From positions 12,693,432 to 12,757,431 of the forward strand of contig NC_092679.1 in NCBI RefSeq assembly GCF_964355755.1: a DNA stretch of 64,000 bases, in the 5' to 3' direction. The stretch is from Antedon mediterranea. Lineage: Eukaryota > Animalia > Echinodermata. How positions within the stretch are numbered: position 1 is the stretch's first letter; the number at the start of each line of letters is the position of its first letter. The translations under genes and the position numbers were made by a program. Below the pieces are notes generated by a model that saw only the letters and a list, made by a program, of their open reading frames with translations, did not search any database and was not told where the DNA came from. Below, one piece after another: positions 51,501-64,000 of the stretch.

Positions 51501-54500
51501 GATGCTAGCTAGAAGAAAATTGAAATTCATTAGCGGTATGTACTATTGCTGATTAATTAATGAGTCTTGATAATTTGGAATCAACTCATGATTTACTTTA
51601 GATAGATTTTTGATAATTTTAGTATCAACGAATGTATGTAATGAAAAGTATTTGATCTTCGCAGGGTTGCGTCTTCTCTCCTCTCCTATATATTATATAC
51701 ACGGATGACTGTCGGAGCAAACAGGACAATAGTCATCTTTTCAAATTTGCTGACGACACTGTCTTGCTGTCTCTTCTTCAAAATTCACAGGACGGTCATG
51801 GTTCCGCATTAGATGGTTTTATCCAATGTTTTGGAAACTCCTACTTGGAACTCAATGTGACCAAAACCAAGGAGATAATTGTAGATTTTAGGAAGGAGAA
51901 AGGACGCAGCCCTCTGGTATCCCCCACAAATGACGAACCAGCGATATTGTCCATTCCTTTAAATACCTAGGTACTATATTTGAGGACAATCTCAGCTGGG
52001 AATTAAATACAGAGGCAATAGTAAAGAAAGCTAGACACCAGAGACTTTATCTGTTAAGGAAGCTGAACCATTTTAATGTCGATAAAGTAATTCTCATGGT
52101 TTTTTATAATTTCTTTATTGAGAACGTTTTAACTTTTTTCCTTTATATGCTGGTTTTTTAGTCTTAGGGTCAAAGAGAGAAACTCACTACAAAGAATTGT
52201 TAACTTAAGTTCTAAATTAATAGGTTGTCAACTTCGTAGCTTATCTTCCTTCTGTGACATGCAAACTCTAGAAAAAAGTAGAGCTATTCTAAAAAATGTT
52301 AACCATACCTTGTTCAGTGATTTCGAGCTCATGCTTCATGGGCGTCGCTTTCAATGCCCGGCATGTAGAACAAACTGGAAAAGAAATTCGTCTTTGCCAG
52401 TTGCCATCCGACTCTTAAATTCTTGAACTTTGACTCTTGTTATATTGTACTGTATATTGTGATATTTTTGTATATTTTGTAAGATCATTTTAATCCAGAC
52501 CTTTTTATTTGAATTGCTCCGTGTGGGATGATATTGTTTAATCCTTCAAATAGAAAAGGATTCACAACTTATATGTCATCAGTATCACTTTTTTGTTCGG
52601 GTATTAGTACAGTGCAATGCCATTGCATTCACCACATGTATTTCTAGTTATCCATGAATGCTTCAAGGAGATACGCAGGTTCTGGCTTTAAGTCTGTGTG
52701 TAGAGGAACCATGTTTCCATCATCTGATCTTCCATCCCCAATCGATATGCGAGGTTGTACTTGTAAATGGGATGGAGTCAAAGGCATTCCACGTTGTCCA
52801 GGTAGTCAGTCCATTGTACAGACGCACTAACCCATTTTCTCTAGCAACCACAATGTCATCCCTTGTTTGCATCTGAAGACTAACAGCATAATGTCAGAAA
52901 TAAGTGCAATGACAAGCTTTTTTTAGAGCCACTTGTTTTCCAATTCCGAAATCTCTGGATGTTGTGTCACCAGTATCGCATGAGCAAATAGAAGGTTATC
53001 ACAGATGTCTCTCAAATGTACTGTTTGAACCAGTTTGATAGTCCAGCATCTCAGCTCCAGTCTAAAGAATATCACAAGATGTTTTAAAGGGGGGTTCCGG
53101 GTTTAAAATGAATAGTAAAAAATGTAAAATATATTTGTTTGTCTCTTGAACGGTAAAAGTTTCAATTTATATAAGCGCCCAGTGAAGCAGAACGAAGGCT
53201 GTGAAATGAGGCCAGATTACAAGTGCAGCTACGGCAAAATCACACTGTGGTTACAGAATAGGAAATTCGTGAAATGGTCAATCTTCCGACGACTCGTTAT
53301 CATTAACCATATCAATTACTTTTGTAAAATTATACTTATCTGATGTAATTATTTTAGTCGGTCTTCCCATTTATAAAGTCAATTTTCTATGAAAATCCAT
53401 CAAAACTGAAAAATTAGATAAGTTTGCACTTTACGTTTGCCGATTTTCGCACTGACTTAAAGAAAGCCTTCAAAGTCAATGAAGCGTAACGTATACATTC
53501 CTGCTGAGCGAGGCGAGCGAGACGACGATACACGTGCTCTCTGCCCATGCATGGCATCGTCACGTGATAAGCAGATACAGTATACAATACCAAACTGGTC
53601 GGGTCGAGTATACCCCGTCTATAATCACAACATGAACGATGTACAGTATTTGATTGAAGGTCGACTCGACCTACCGGAATGGTATAGATAATATAGCTCG
53701 AATGAGAGACAGTTGGAATATTTGTAAACATAAGTATTGCTAATTTTAACAAGTGTAGCTTATTATAGTAAAAGGCCTGGTAGTATCAATTCGCATAGGG
53801 TCTACTACACTAGCTAGCTCAATTTTTAACTGGGCCGGATCGGCTAGGTCTCCTTCCTACTACCGGTCTACTTGCTTGATTCAGTATCCGCTTTTTTGGA
53901 GAGTAAACTAGGCCTATTTTAGGCCTACTTATTAGACGATCGGGACAACATACGTGCGGACGGCGATCGGACCTTGTTTTGCCTCAATATTTACAGCCGA
54001 TTTTTGTAGAACGTTTTAGGTTTAGATTTTTTAGGAGTTTGGTTGATAGGATGGGTTTGGAATCCACTGATTTGTTATTTATGGGCCAATCGTTTAGTAA
54101 TAGGCTAGCTAGGCCCATGAATGATGGCCCCAATGTTTTAACGTAGCCATCGTGGCATGGAATCCCTAGTCAGAAATGGCTCTCACCCATGAATAAAATG
54201 ATTTAGGCTAGGCCTAGCCTAGTACGTGAAGCCGATATACGATCTGTACTATTCGAGGTATAAAAATAGTATAATTTATGACTCCGTAATCTGTACTAAA
54301 TTTTGTATTTCATTAAATGTCAAATAAATATATGCTACTACTGTTATTATTACACTTTAGGCCTAGCTTAGAAAATCTACAAAAAATGTATTTCACAATG
54401 GTCGGGTGGTCGTCGTTTGACAGGGGAGAGAGAACACAACGTACAAGCTTGACGTCGCGAGTTCGGAATCCACTGATGACGTGATTTTGTGAATAGCTCA

Positions 54501-56530
54501 TGAATATTAATGAGCTTCCCTAAGCTGCTGAAAAACAGACTTTTCATGAATTTACCCTAAAATATATATGAAATTTAATTTTTTTTAATTTCTCGTTATT
54601 ACTTCTGACATGTCTATATTGTTATGATATTTTTTATTTAATAAATAAACGATATTTAAAAGCAATTTTAAACCCAGAATCCCCCTTTAAATGCTTGACT
54701 GCAGAGGAGCACTAGTAGATCCGTGTCATCGGATAATGACAGATGTTTTCCTGTTTGCTGATTCAATGGTTTTTTGTACTATCCAAAAGAATATCTGCAT
54801 CAGCAGCTGCATTCACTCATTGCCATGTTGTTCAAATACTAGTTACGAAGATTTATAAATTGTTGTTTGTTACAGAAAGTGATCCTATTTTGTGGAACAT
54901 GTCACTGATAAAATATACAGGGACACTACCACCTGACCCGCCTTACCATGTGCGCCGTCTTTGGTGGATGAGCCGCTTTCATAATTATCAAAGACTATGC
55001 AGAGCAATATTTTTTACAGATCTCTACACTATTCCATGGAATGCTGTGCCGTAGAGCACTACCATCTAAAATGTAGGCCTACTGGACATCATTCAGTGAG
55101 TTGGATGTACTAGACTATTCAGAAGAAGTTGTTTCCACGTGGCATCATGTTGGTTTATTAGCTGAAAGTATTCCTCGAGTCTCCTCTGTAACTGTAGGAT
55201 TGATGCACACATACTGTATGACTTTATTGCCAGGATCTTGAATACATTGCAAGACTTCCTGCCCAAAATATTCAATGCTTACCACAATGCTAATATTCCG
55301 AGTCACCTGCAGTAACTCCCATGTCAATGGTATGAAGTCTCTGAGTCGTAACCAAATGGATTTTTCAATTGCCATTGTGTTCCTGACGTGTGGCCATAAG
55401 GTCTTATGTTGGCCGCTGCTGGAGTAACGCCCTGATACTATTACAAGGCATTACATACATTTCAGCGCAGATTTGGTCTGGATGTACGCATTCCTATATC
55501 TCTTGTCAAACCTCTGGTTTTCTTTGAGACTTCTCATAGAAACCTTTTCAATCACCAGGTCTGTTGACAATCCAGCCCAGATGGTCCGAATGTCATACAA
55601 CATGGAGGTCATTGTCAAACTGCTGTTGAACATCTTTGTATTTCTACTGGTTAAAAAATCGTTAAAATACTTATACATCCCAATATAAATACTGTAACCA
55701 TGGCAACACAAATGCCATCTGGAAAAAATGGAATGTAGATCATACAGAAGCAACAGGAACGGAGATGTCACTAATCTGCATCTTGAACTGGTAATGTGTA
55801 TCGCGTTGAACTGAAATGTTCACCCCAGGGTATCCCTGTGTATATACCATTGTTGTTTACAGCGAAAACAAAATTTTTAGCCAAAATTGACACATTATGT
55901 TGTGTTTTTCCGCAAAAATGACATTCTAAATAAAATGTTATGACTAGGCCTATATTAAGTTTGATATCACAGAATAGGAAATTTAATAAGCTTTCGGATG
56001 ACATAAATCCCACTTGTATATAATGTATTTTAAATGGTTAAATATATGTAATTAATGGGGCATATTAATTTTGACTTAAAATGACCTTTATTGACCTCTG
56101 ACCCTTGACCCAATGCTTGGATTTTCGGTGACTTTTAGTATGTCGTTCTACACATTATATAGAATTCAAAAATACTAGCTTTGTTACTATATTGCAATTT
56201 TTGGTGGGTATATCATTAGATTGACTGGACTATATATAATGCACAAGAATTCTAATAACTATTTGTAATTCTATTTTAGGTAATTCTCTGACATTTCATA
56301 ACAATCAACAGTTTTCAACGTTTGACCAAGATCATGACACGCATTCTACATTATCATGTGCTGGGATATTCAAAGGAGCTTGGTGGTATGCGGACTGTCA
56401 TAGTTCAAATCTGAATGGATTGTACTTGGGTGGTCAGACCGATCAGTTTGCAACAGGTGTGGTGTGGTATAAATGGAAAGGGCACTACTATTCTTTGAGA
56501 ACTAGTGAGATGAAAATACGTAGAATTTAG
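48531..56530 (+). CDS. FReD paralog C: intact secreted fibrinogen-related lectin-like protein
   Basis: Exons 48531-48666, 49779-49915, 50141-50402 and 56280-56530, with GT-AG junctions in phases 1/0/1 and no stops. Signal peptide [17 protein letters not shown] followed by a complete FBG domain. Confidence 0.92.
51660..52425 (+). mobile_element. Rex1/Babar-like LINE reverse-transcriptase 3' fragment nested in the Academ relic
   Basis: [19 protein letters not shown]...FKFADDTVL...[16 protein letters not shown]...[18 protein letters not shown]...QRLYLLRKL. Confidence 0.85.
53088..54686. mobile_element. Kolobok-type non-autonomous element (1.6 kb) nested in the Academ ORF
   Basis: TTAA|AGGGGGGTTCCGGGTTTAAAAT...ATTTTAAACCCAGAATCCCCCT|TTAA. 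Confidence 0.85.
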
Positions 56531-58831
56531 AACGATGAAAGGTTAATGGTAGCATGATACAGTGAAGTTGATAACTTTCGATACCTTTTGTTTAAACTTA
56601 AAGTTATAATAATTAATTTGAAATTGTTAAGACACTTTCTCAAAAAGGAATTTATGTAAAATTAAATACTATGGACCAATGCTATAATTTGTTCATCTTT
56701 AAACGGTTACAATTTTGAAAAATTATTATAATAATTTATTGTGAAGGGAAAACAATAGAAGAACTATATTTCTCCGATTTGTATTAATAGGCTAGGTCTA
56801 CAGATACACAATGTTCATACGACTTGTATTAATAGGCTAGGTCTACAGATACACAATGTTCATACGACTGCTGTTTTTAAGCGCCGTCTACGAGGTCATT
56901 CAACACGAGCTACTTTGGTAACACATTGTTTTTCTCTTTTTATCACAATTTACCTAACGTAATGTAACATATATTTAAGACAAGGAATATCTGGTTTAAT
57001 GTGTGCATTATTTTTACAAAACATCAAGCATTAGAGGAAAAGTGTATTCAATATGAACATATTTTGTTTTTAAAATTCCTTATTGAACTTTGTTAATGGA
57101 TGACACAAACCAGCAAACGCAGATAACCAATAAGCCCTCTCATAAAAACAAAAGCATGATTAATTAAAATGTCTAAAATATAAAACTAAGACATTCTGAC
57201 TCTGTAAACTTTTCAGATTCTATTGACAATCAATGTTTAATCTTTTAATATGAATAAAAATGGAAAATAAGTGGAAATGTAATAATGTCTAAACAAAATC
57301 AATAAAGTCTAATATGCAAGTTGTTTCTTCTGTTTATTTGTTTGTATTTTCTATTTATTATAGTTTGAGATTTAACTCTGGTGAGAATTAAGTATATATT
57401 TTAATCATTTCAATTACAAATACTTTTTATTCAATTATTTTGTCTCCAGATGGCACCTAAAAATATAAACATGGACAAGGAACAAGAAAAAACACACACA
57501 ATCAGAGAGTGACAGGATTCCTAAAAAGTTTCAAGAATAAACAATTTTTGCTTATGAAATACTATATTACTATATTTTTACTGTTATTTCTTTTTTAACC
57601 GAAATGTTTGTCATGAGGAATAAAGGCTTCAGGCTTAGACATTGGAGACCTGGGCTTGATGCCCATTAATAGCATGTCTTTTTGTTAGAGCAAGAGCAGT
57701 TTTAACTGTTCAGGCCTATTGCTTGCTCCTGGCAAGCTTGTACTTGATGACATTTTGATTCTAAAGTTTTTCAATGCAAATGTGTAATTATGAATAATAT
57801 ATTTTAATACTCTTGAAAGCAGAAAAGAGTGAATTCAGAAAAGGACGAATTCCTACAGTATTTATTGGATAGATTTGTATGTATTTCAACACGATTTTGA
57901 CAATATGCTATTGAATGATTATATTGATTCAAATGCGAGTCGTTTGATAAAACTACCTTATTTTGTACTGTATCTTCAGAGTTGTTTCATACAAAATAAA
58001 CTTTGAGGGGATTTCCTGATTTGAAGTATATCATATTACAATTTAAGAATATTTGCCAATTGCCATGTTGCTTGGACACCAAATATAGTCACATAAACAC
58101 AAAGAAGGGCAGTTGCAGGAATATTTTAAGGGGGTTGAACAATCACACATTCATGATAATTGGCACCTTTAATTTTCCGGAAATGACACACCATGGGGCG
58201 CTAGCAAACAACAATACTATTGTAGCCTACATGTTCTGCAAAAACACACACGACTAACAATATTTTTTTGCATTCAATGCGAACGTCAGGGGAAGGCCCG
58301 ATGAAGACATTTTTTTCGGTATTATTATTATAATCAATTAATACAAATTGAATAAAAAGTTAAACAAAAAAATATGAAGCTTATAAAGATATTGAGCAAA
58401 ATGTTAATGTTATTTACAGTACTTTCGTACTGTCATAAATTCATTCTTGCTCAGAAACATATCTACAAAAAAAAACTGACTGCCAGTACATTGTGTGTGG
58501 TATTGATTGCTGGTTAAATTTTACACTGTCAATTTACAAAATTCTCTAATGTTATATGGATATTATATACGATGAAATGGGATCTAAATTTTAATTTACT
58601 GGTACAAAAAAATATAGGCAACTAGGGCCAGACCCCTGCACGGATCCCTGCACAAAAGTACATTTGTTGACTTAAGCTGACTTTAAAAAAAAAGTGGAAC
58701 ATCAATGAATATATTTAGCATTTATTTTAAGCTTTGTTCACTTTTAAAAACAAAAATACATCATTGTACACCTTAAGATGCAAAAATGAAAATTGGGATT
58801 TTACTATAAGCCAAAATTGCTAATTCCAGAA

Positions 58832-58950
58832 TGAATAAATAGACATAAATCCATCCTTCATTTTATTTGTTCTGGTGTATTTACTATTTTCATCTCTGGC
58901 ACTCTCTGACAACTGTGTTGTATAGACTGAAGAATAATTTAATTGTTATA
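58832..58950 (+). pseudogene. Orphan degenerate FReD promoter/exon 1 remnant
   Basis: CTCTGGCACTCTCTGACAACTGTGTTGTATAGACTGAAGAA resembles exon 1 of A and D (CTCTCAGACAGCTGTGTTGTAGAAACTGAAGAA). It is preceded by ATAAATAGACAT..CCATCC, like the paralog promoters. Confidence 0.6.
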
Positions 58951-59913
58951 GACACACTAGTGTTAAAAAATTAGGAAATACAGTTTAAATTGGAAATATT
59001 CCATCAATCTTGTCTTTTAGTTTAAAGGATAAATGGAATGCTTGTAATAGTAGATAATTCAATTATTTTATTTCAAGCACCTCTGGCTCGAAAAATTGTC
59101 TTACTTGTCAAATATAAAAAACATAGTAAAATATGATAAAACCTCAAAAGGGTAAAATACAAGTGCAACAATTATACAAACATTTCATAAAAAATAAAAC
59201 ATGGCAAGTAGTAAAATATCATAAAATGATTAGAAAACAGTGTCATATAAAATTTAAATAAAAAAAACAATATTCTTTCTCTACCATTCCTACAAAATGT
59301 TGAACAAAAGAACATTAAAAACCTGAAAAACCTGTTTAGTTATTGTTAGAAATCCAAATAGATTCTCTTACCAAAACCAATAGAGGGAAATAATAAGAGG
59401 AAAGCCATGATTCAGTTGATGTCTTAAATATATCATTTACTTTTTCCAAAAATATCCTAAATTTCTTTTACATATTAGTAACTGCCATCACAAATTGACA
59501 TTGGTACTCCTTTCCTTTCATTTCAATATTTGCTCAAATAAAGCTTTGTCCAAGAATATTTTGTTTCCTTACCATGTAGACACAAATTAAAATCATTTAG
59601 ATTTCCCATTTCTTATAATAGGTATACTTTTTATAAGCCAATTTTTACCCACATTTGATATTTTGTGTTTTTTTTTTTTGTTCTGTGGGACAAATGAAAA
59701 TATTAACATTTATTTTAAGAGTCAACTTAGAAGAAATTATTATTTGAGAAGAATACTTAAATTAAAATGTCATTGTCCTATACCACAATTGCACATTCCA
59801 AAATGTCTATAAATAGATATGACTTTAAGAAGTACCATCCATAATCTGATTGTGTTCTGGTGAAACAGGACTCTCGGCATCTACTTATATCATTTGAACT
59901 GAGAAGAGAAAAG

Positions 59914-62895
59914 ATGCTGATAAGATATTTCCTACTGTCACTGATGGTAGCTCTGGCATTCTCAGATAGCTATGTTGTAGATACTGAAGAACAGGATGGT
60001 GTTCCTCAATTACTGGTTGTTATCAAAAATGGATGTGGTGAAGAGAAAGAAAGAAAAGGTAAAAATAATATATTTCTTCCGTTAAACTGGCTAAAATAAT
60101 GTGGTAAAGCTGTAGTTTTTTTTAACTTGGTTGTTTTTTCAATTGATATTTATGTTTAGAAACCTAATATTTGCATACATTTTTATAATTTTTTTAAGCA
60201 ATACAGACTTCCAGTGATTATAGTTAACTTACTATAGTTGCCTTTGCCAATTAGATCCTCACTGTCCTTTTTTAGTTTCTCCATAATGAGAACTACACTT
60301 TCAATTTGAAACAAATGTTTAAGCCATAGAACAAAATCAGTGCTCAGAGTTAAGCTGTGAAGAAAAATTGTACACACTGCACCCTATATTATTTATAGGC
60401 CTGCTATCTGTCATAAAAAGCAAACATTTTGTACAAAAAGCTGACCAATGATTGGTATCACTGAATAAAACTCACTGTTGTGGAACCAATGCCATGTGAT
60501 CCAATATATATTGGTGAGTTTTATATAGTTGCATCTATGGTGAAATTATGTATTATAGAAATTAAAAAGCAACTTTTTCTTCAACTTGTAAACATATGTA
60601 TACTGCCCCTCAAAAGGCAATCTTTAATATACATTTTTTCAAGGTTATCCACGAGACTGCAGTGACTTACTTGAACGCAACAGTGCAGCAACAAGTGGGG
60701 CTTACATGATCAATATTCATGATGGAGGTGAACCATTCCGTGTTTACTGCGATATGGAGACTGATGGAGGCGGATGGACAGTAAGGCTTTTTATTATAAT
60801 GTTGGTAATTCTACAAAAAATGTTGCCCAATTATGAATGAGCTGAAATGAAGATAATACGATAAAAATAATAAAACCAAAATATTATAATTTTGCCTTAA
60901 ATTATGGGAACTCCTAATAGTTTTCCCCAATTGTATGAGCATTAAAACACATTGCAGTGGCCTTTTGTTAATTTTCAAAAGGTCTTTTGTTTCATGATGC
61001 ACTAGGCAAATACAGAAAATCATTCTGCACATGCGCACATATTGTGCAGAATGATTTTCTGTAGTTTACAGATGAATTTATTATTCACTATACGGACACA
61101 TATCAAGACTACTGAAATTTAGAAAATTGAGAACTCCGCTTGACTGGAGGAACTGAACAATGATATAAGAAAGTCTAGTTTGAACAAAAGACACATTTTA
61201 GCAACACATTTCTTTTACCTGTAGTAATAGTAAATGTATATCTTGATCTTCCAAAATTCTTGCAACAACAAAATGTCAACTTGTAGGTACGTCTCTACAA
61301 ATGTACTCGAAGAAATTCAACCATTATGAATATGACTTTAATTGTCACAGATCAAAAACTCACTAATTTATTTCAATTATATTTGTAAAGGTTTTTCAAA
61401 GACGAGAAGATGGATCCATGAATTTCTATAGAAATTGGGTAGCATACAAGGCAGGGTTTGGGAACTTTAATAGTGAGCATTGGCTTGGTAATGATAACAT
61501 TCATCGCCTTACATCTGATGGTCACTTTGAATTAAGAGTGGACATGTCCACCTTTGAGGGAGAATCTGCCTATGCTCACTACGACAACTTCCGAATAGGT
61601 GATGAGGAAAGTAACTACAAACTGATATGTGGTAACTACAGTGGTAATGCAGGTAAGGATTTGTTTACACACGTTTGGCTCTTCTACAGTACATGCTGTT
61701 TCAATAACAATTTAAATATTGTAATGTCAGTATTATGTCTGTCTGGTAATAGTATTTCTCTGATACTTCTAAATAATAGTAGAGCACCACCTATGTTGAA
61801 ATAAAACTGTCTCACAAAATCATGTTTCATTTTGATGACGTCATCATGTTAAAAGTTGGAATAAATGGCAGGTCCTGTATTTTTACCTATGCTACACTGT
61901 ATGTACAGTAGTATGGATACAGTATATAGTGTATACCTGTATAATTTGTATCATCACTAACTTTCTGCTGAATTAATGGCATGTTCTACAGAAAAAATTA
62001 AAAATGCAAAAAATCAATTTCCATGCGTTTCATGTCATTTTAAGAATGTATAAATTCCCATGTGCGTACAAATGTTTACGCGCGTGGTGTGCATAGTGTT
62101 ATAAAAATAATTGTTTGCATGAATTACATTTTTCCAGTACATTTAAAAGTAACACATAATAATGCCAACTTTAAGTCAATGGCTACCAGATGTCTCTGTG
62201 AGACGGTTATTTGAACCAGTACCAGTACCAGTGTTTCTAGTAATTTTACCAAATTTGAAACCATTTTGACTTAAAATCATGTCAAACGAACATGTCAAAT
62301 TAGACAATTTGTGCGCGTTTTTAATGAAAGAGTTAAACAATTTGTCAAAATTATTTTTTTTTTAACAGTCATACTTCCTAAAATAAACGCTGAAATTAAT
62401 TTTTATTATATATTCTGGAAGGTGATGAGTTATAGATATCGGATCATGCATTAATATGGCTAACTGAACATTGTGATATCATCATATGACGTAATTACTT
62501 TTCACATTCGCTTATAAAGATTTCATTAGTATTCAATCCAATGATATTAAAACATTTTGCCTTATGGAAAATTGATATAATAGATTGCATTGATTGCGTG
62601 ATATTCAAATATTATTATTTTTATTTTAGGTGATTCATTGACACTTCAAAACAATCACCAGTTTTCGACGTTCGACCAAGATCATGACACGTCTGGCTCA
62701 TCCTGTTGTGTGTTATACAAGGGAGCCTGGTGGTATGAACATTGTCATGATTCAAATCTGAATGGATTGTACTTGGGTGGTACAACTGATCAGTATGCAA
62801 AAGGTGTGGTGTGGAAAGATTGGAAAGATTACTACTATTCCTTGAAAACGACTGAGATGAAAATACGTGGAATTATTACAACAGTAAAAGGTTAA
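59914..62895 (+). CDS. FReD paralog D: intact secreted fibrinogen-related lectin-like protein
   Basis: Exons 59914-60058, 60644-60780, 61391-61652 and 62630-62895, open throughout. Signal peptide MLIRYFLLSLMVALAFS; the C-terminus is extended (MKIRGIITTVKG*). Confidence 0.93.
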
Positions 62896-64000
62896 TGGTA
62901 GCATGATATAGTGAAGTTGATAACTTTCGCTATCTTTTGCTTTGTGAGTTAAACTCAGTGTATAATAGTTAATTTGAAAACCAATAAAATTCAAAGACAC
63001 TTTCCCTACGTTTTTCCATGTAATATAATTGATTGATTGATTTACTTTAGTAACCAGAGTCACACAGATACATACAATATAAACATATAAAACAATTATA
63101 AAATCAGTACAACAGTAAGACTCGATCAAGTTAAAAGGATAACCCAAAAAAGTAAAATACTTAATTCTATTTGAACACGGAAAAACAAATTGCACAGATT
63201 CCATACACAAATTATAAAGGAAGAAATTAAAAAGAAAAATCCAAGACGTAAAAAAAAAACTATGATTTAAAATGGTTAAAATTTGTATAGAATGGTTTAA
63301 AAAAAAATGGAAATTTATGTAAATACTATATTGGCCTATTGAAATATATGTTTTCATCTTTAAACGGTTACAAAAATGTGAAAAATAAGTCGTTTCTAAT
63401 AATTTAAGCAGCCCGCTATAAATACTAGCATCCATCGTGTACAGATTGATATTTCTGTTGATTTGAAACATCAAGAATTGCAGGGAAAGTGTCTTCACTA
63501 TGAACACATTTTATTTTTTAATTTGTTACAGAACCCATAATTAATAGATGACACAAAACAGCAAACGCAGAATAAAATGGAAAATAAGTGTGGAAATTTA
63601 ATACTGCAAAAAACAAAATAAATAAAGTTTAATGTGCTAGTTGTTTCCTATGTTTGTTTGTATTTTCTATTTAATATAGTTTGAGATTTGTGGTGGGTGT
63701 GGGTGTGGTGGGCGACAAACAGCATTGGTGTTAATATTTTGATATACGTTTGATATTAAATATTATTAAAAAGGTAGTCAATGGGTGTGGGAGGGGGGTT
63801 GTGGTGTATACTCTAGGGTAATCCTCATAATTACCCTGTTTTATAATAAATTTTTGAACTATAAACCAGTTGGTTGTTCTCTTGTAATATTAATAAATCA
63901 TGTGTTCGAATCTAGAGTTTTTCCATATTCTGTATTCAAAAAGTTAAAAGCCACCTATCTTAGCGAGCTCATTTGCATTTGTATAGCCAGATGGCATTAT

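Larger units (their letters stand above)
50659..56232 (-). mobile_element. AcademX-like DNA transposon relic (5.6 kb) filling intron 3 of FReD C
   Basis: TAT|TAGTCCAGTCAATCTA...TAGATTGACTGGACTA|TAT (TAG termini, 3-bp TSD, ~130-bp imperfect TIRs). Minus-strand fragments include [66 protein letters not shown] (XPG/H3TH-like) and CGECNG..CTN. Confidence 0.82.

Noticed and set aside
53414-53752. ORFs inside the Kolobok-type element
   Set aside because: Short overlapping ORFs on both strands with no transposase or THAP motif recognised.
62752-63507. Longest ORF in the track (251 aa, minus strand)
   Set aside because: Low-complexity F/I/L/Y-rich translation of AT-rich DNA antisense to FReD D exon 4 and its 3' flank, with no domain motifs.

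Overview
AT-rich, intron-containing animal genomic DNA, probably a marine invertebrate and possibly an echinoderm (inference only). The left half (1-35 kb) is a mosaic of transposons. Its main feature is an 11,981-bp DNA transposon (3840-15820) with long 21-bp-periodic TIRs, TATGG...CCATA termini and a perfect 6-bp TSD (CGACAC). An empty copy of its target site lies at 18808-18813. The element carries two convergent spliced genes: an IS3/integrase-type DDE transposase (+) and a probable HECT-type E3-ligase-like gene (-). Both are decayed, and the element hosts nested Helentron-type and Harbinger-type insertions. This fits an IS3EU-like element. The left half also has MULE, BEL/Pao, Harbinger Myb/SANT, RTE, Kolobok-type and foldback relics, plus 5S- and tRNA-derived SINE-like sequences. 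The right half (35.6-63 kb) is a head-to-tail array of four paralogous secreted fibrinogen-related-domain (FReD) genes, two intact and two disrupted, plus an orphan exon 1. Exon 4 (ligand-binding region) is the most variable, and exon 3 shows signs of gene conversion. One FReD intron holds an AcademX-like relic with nested elements. All calls come from manual reading and translation; no database searches were run.
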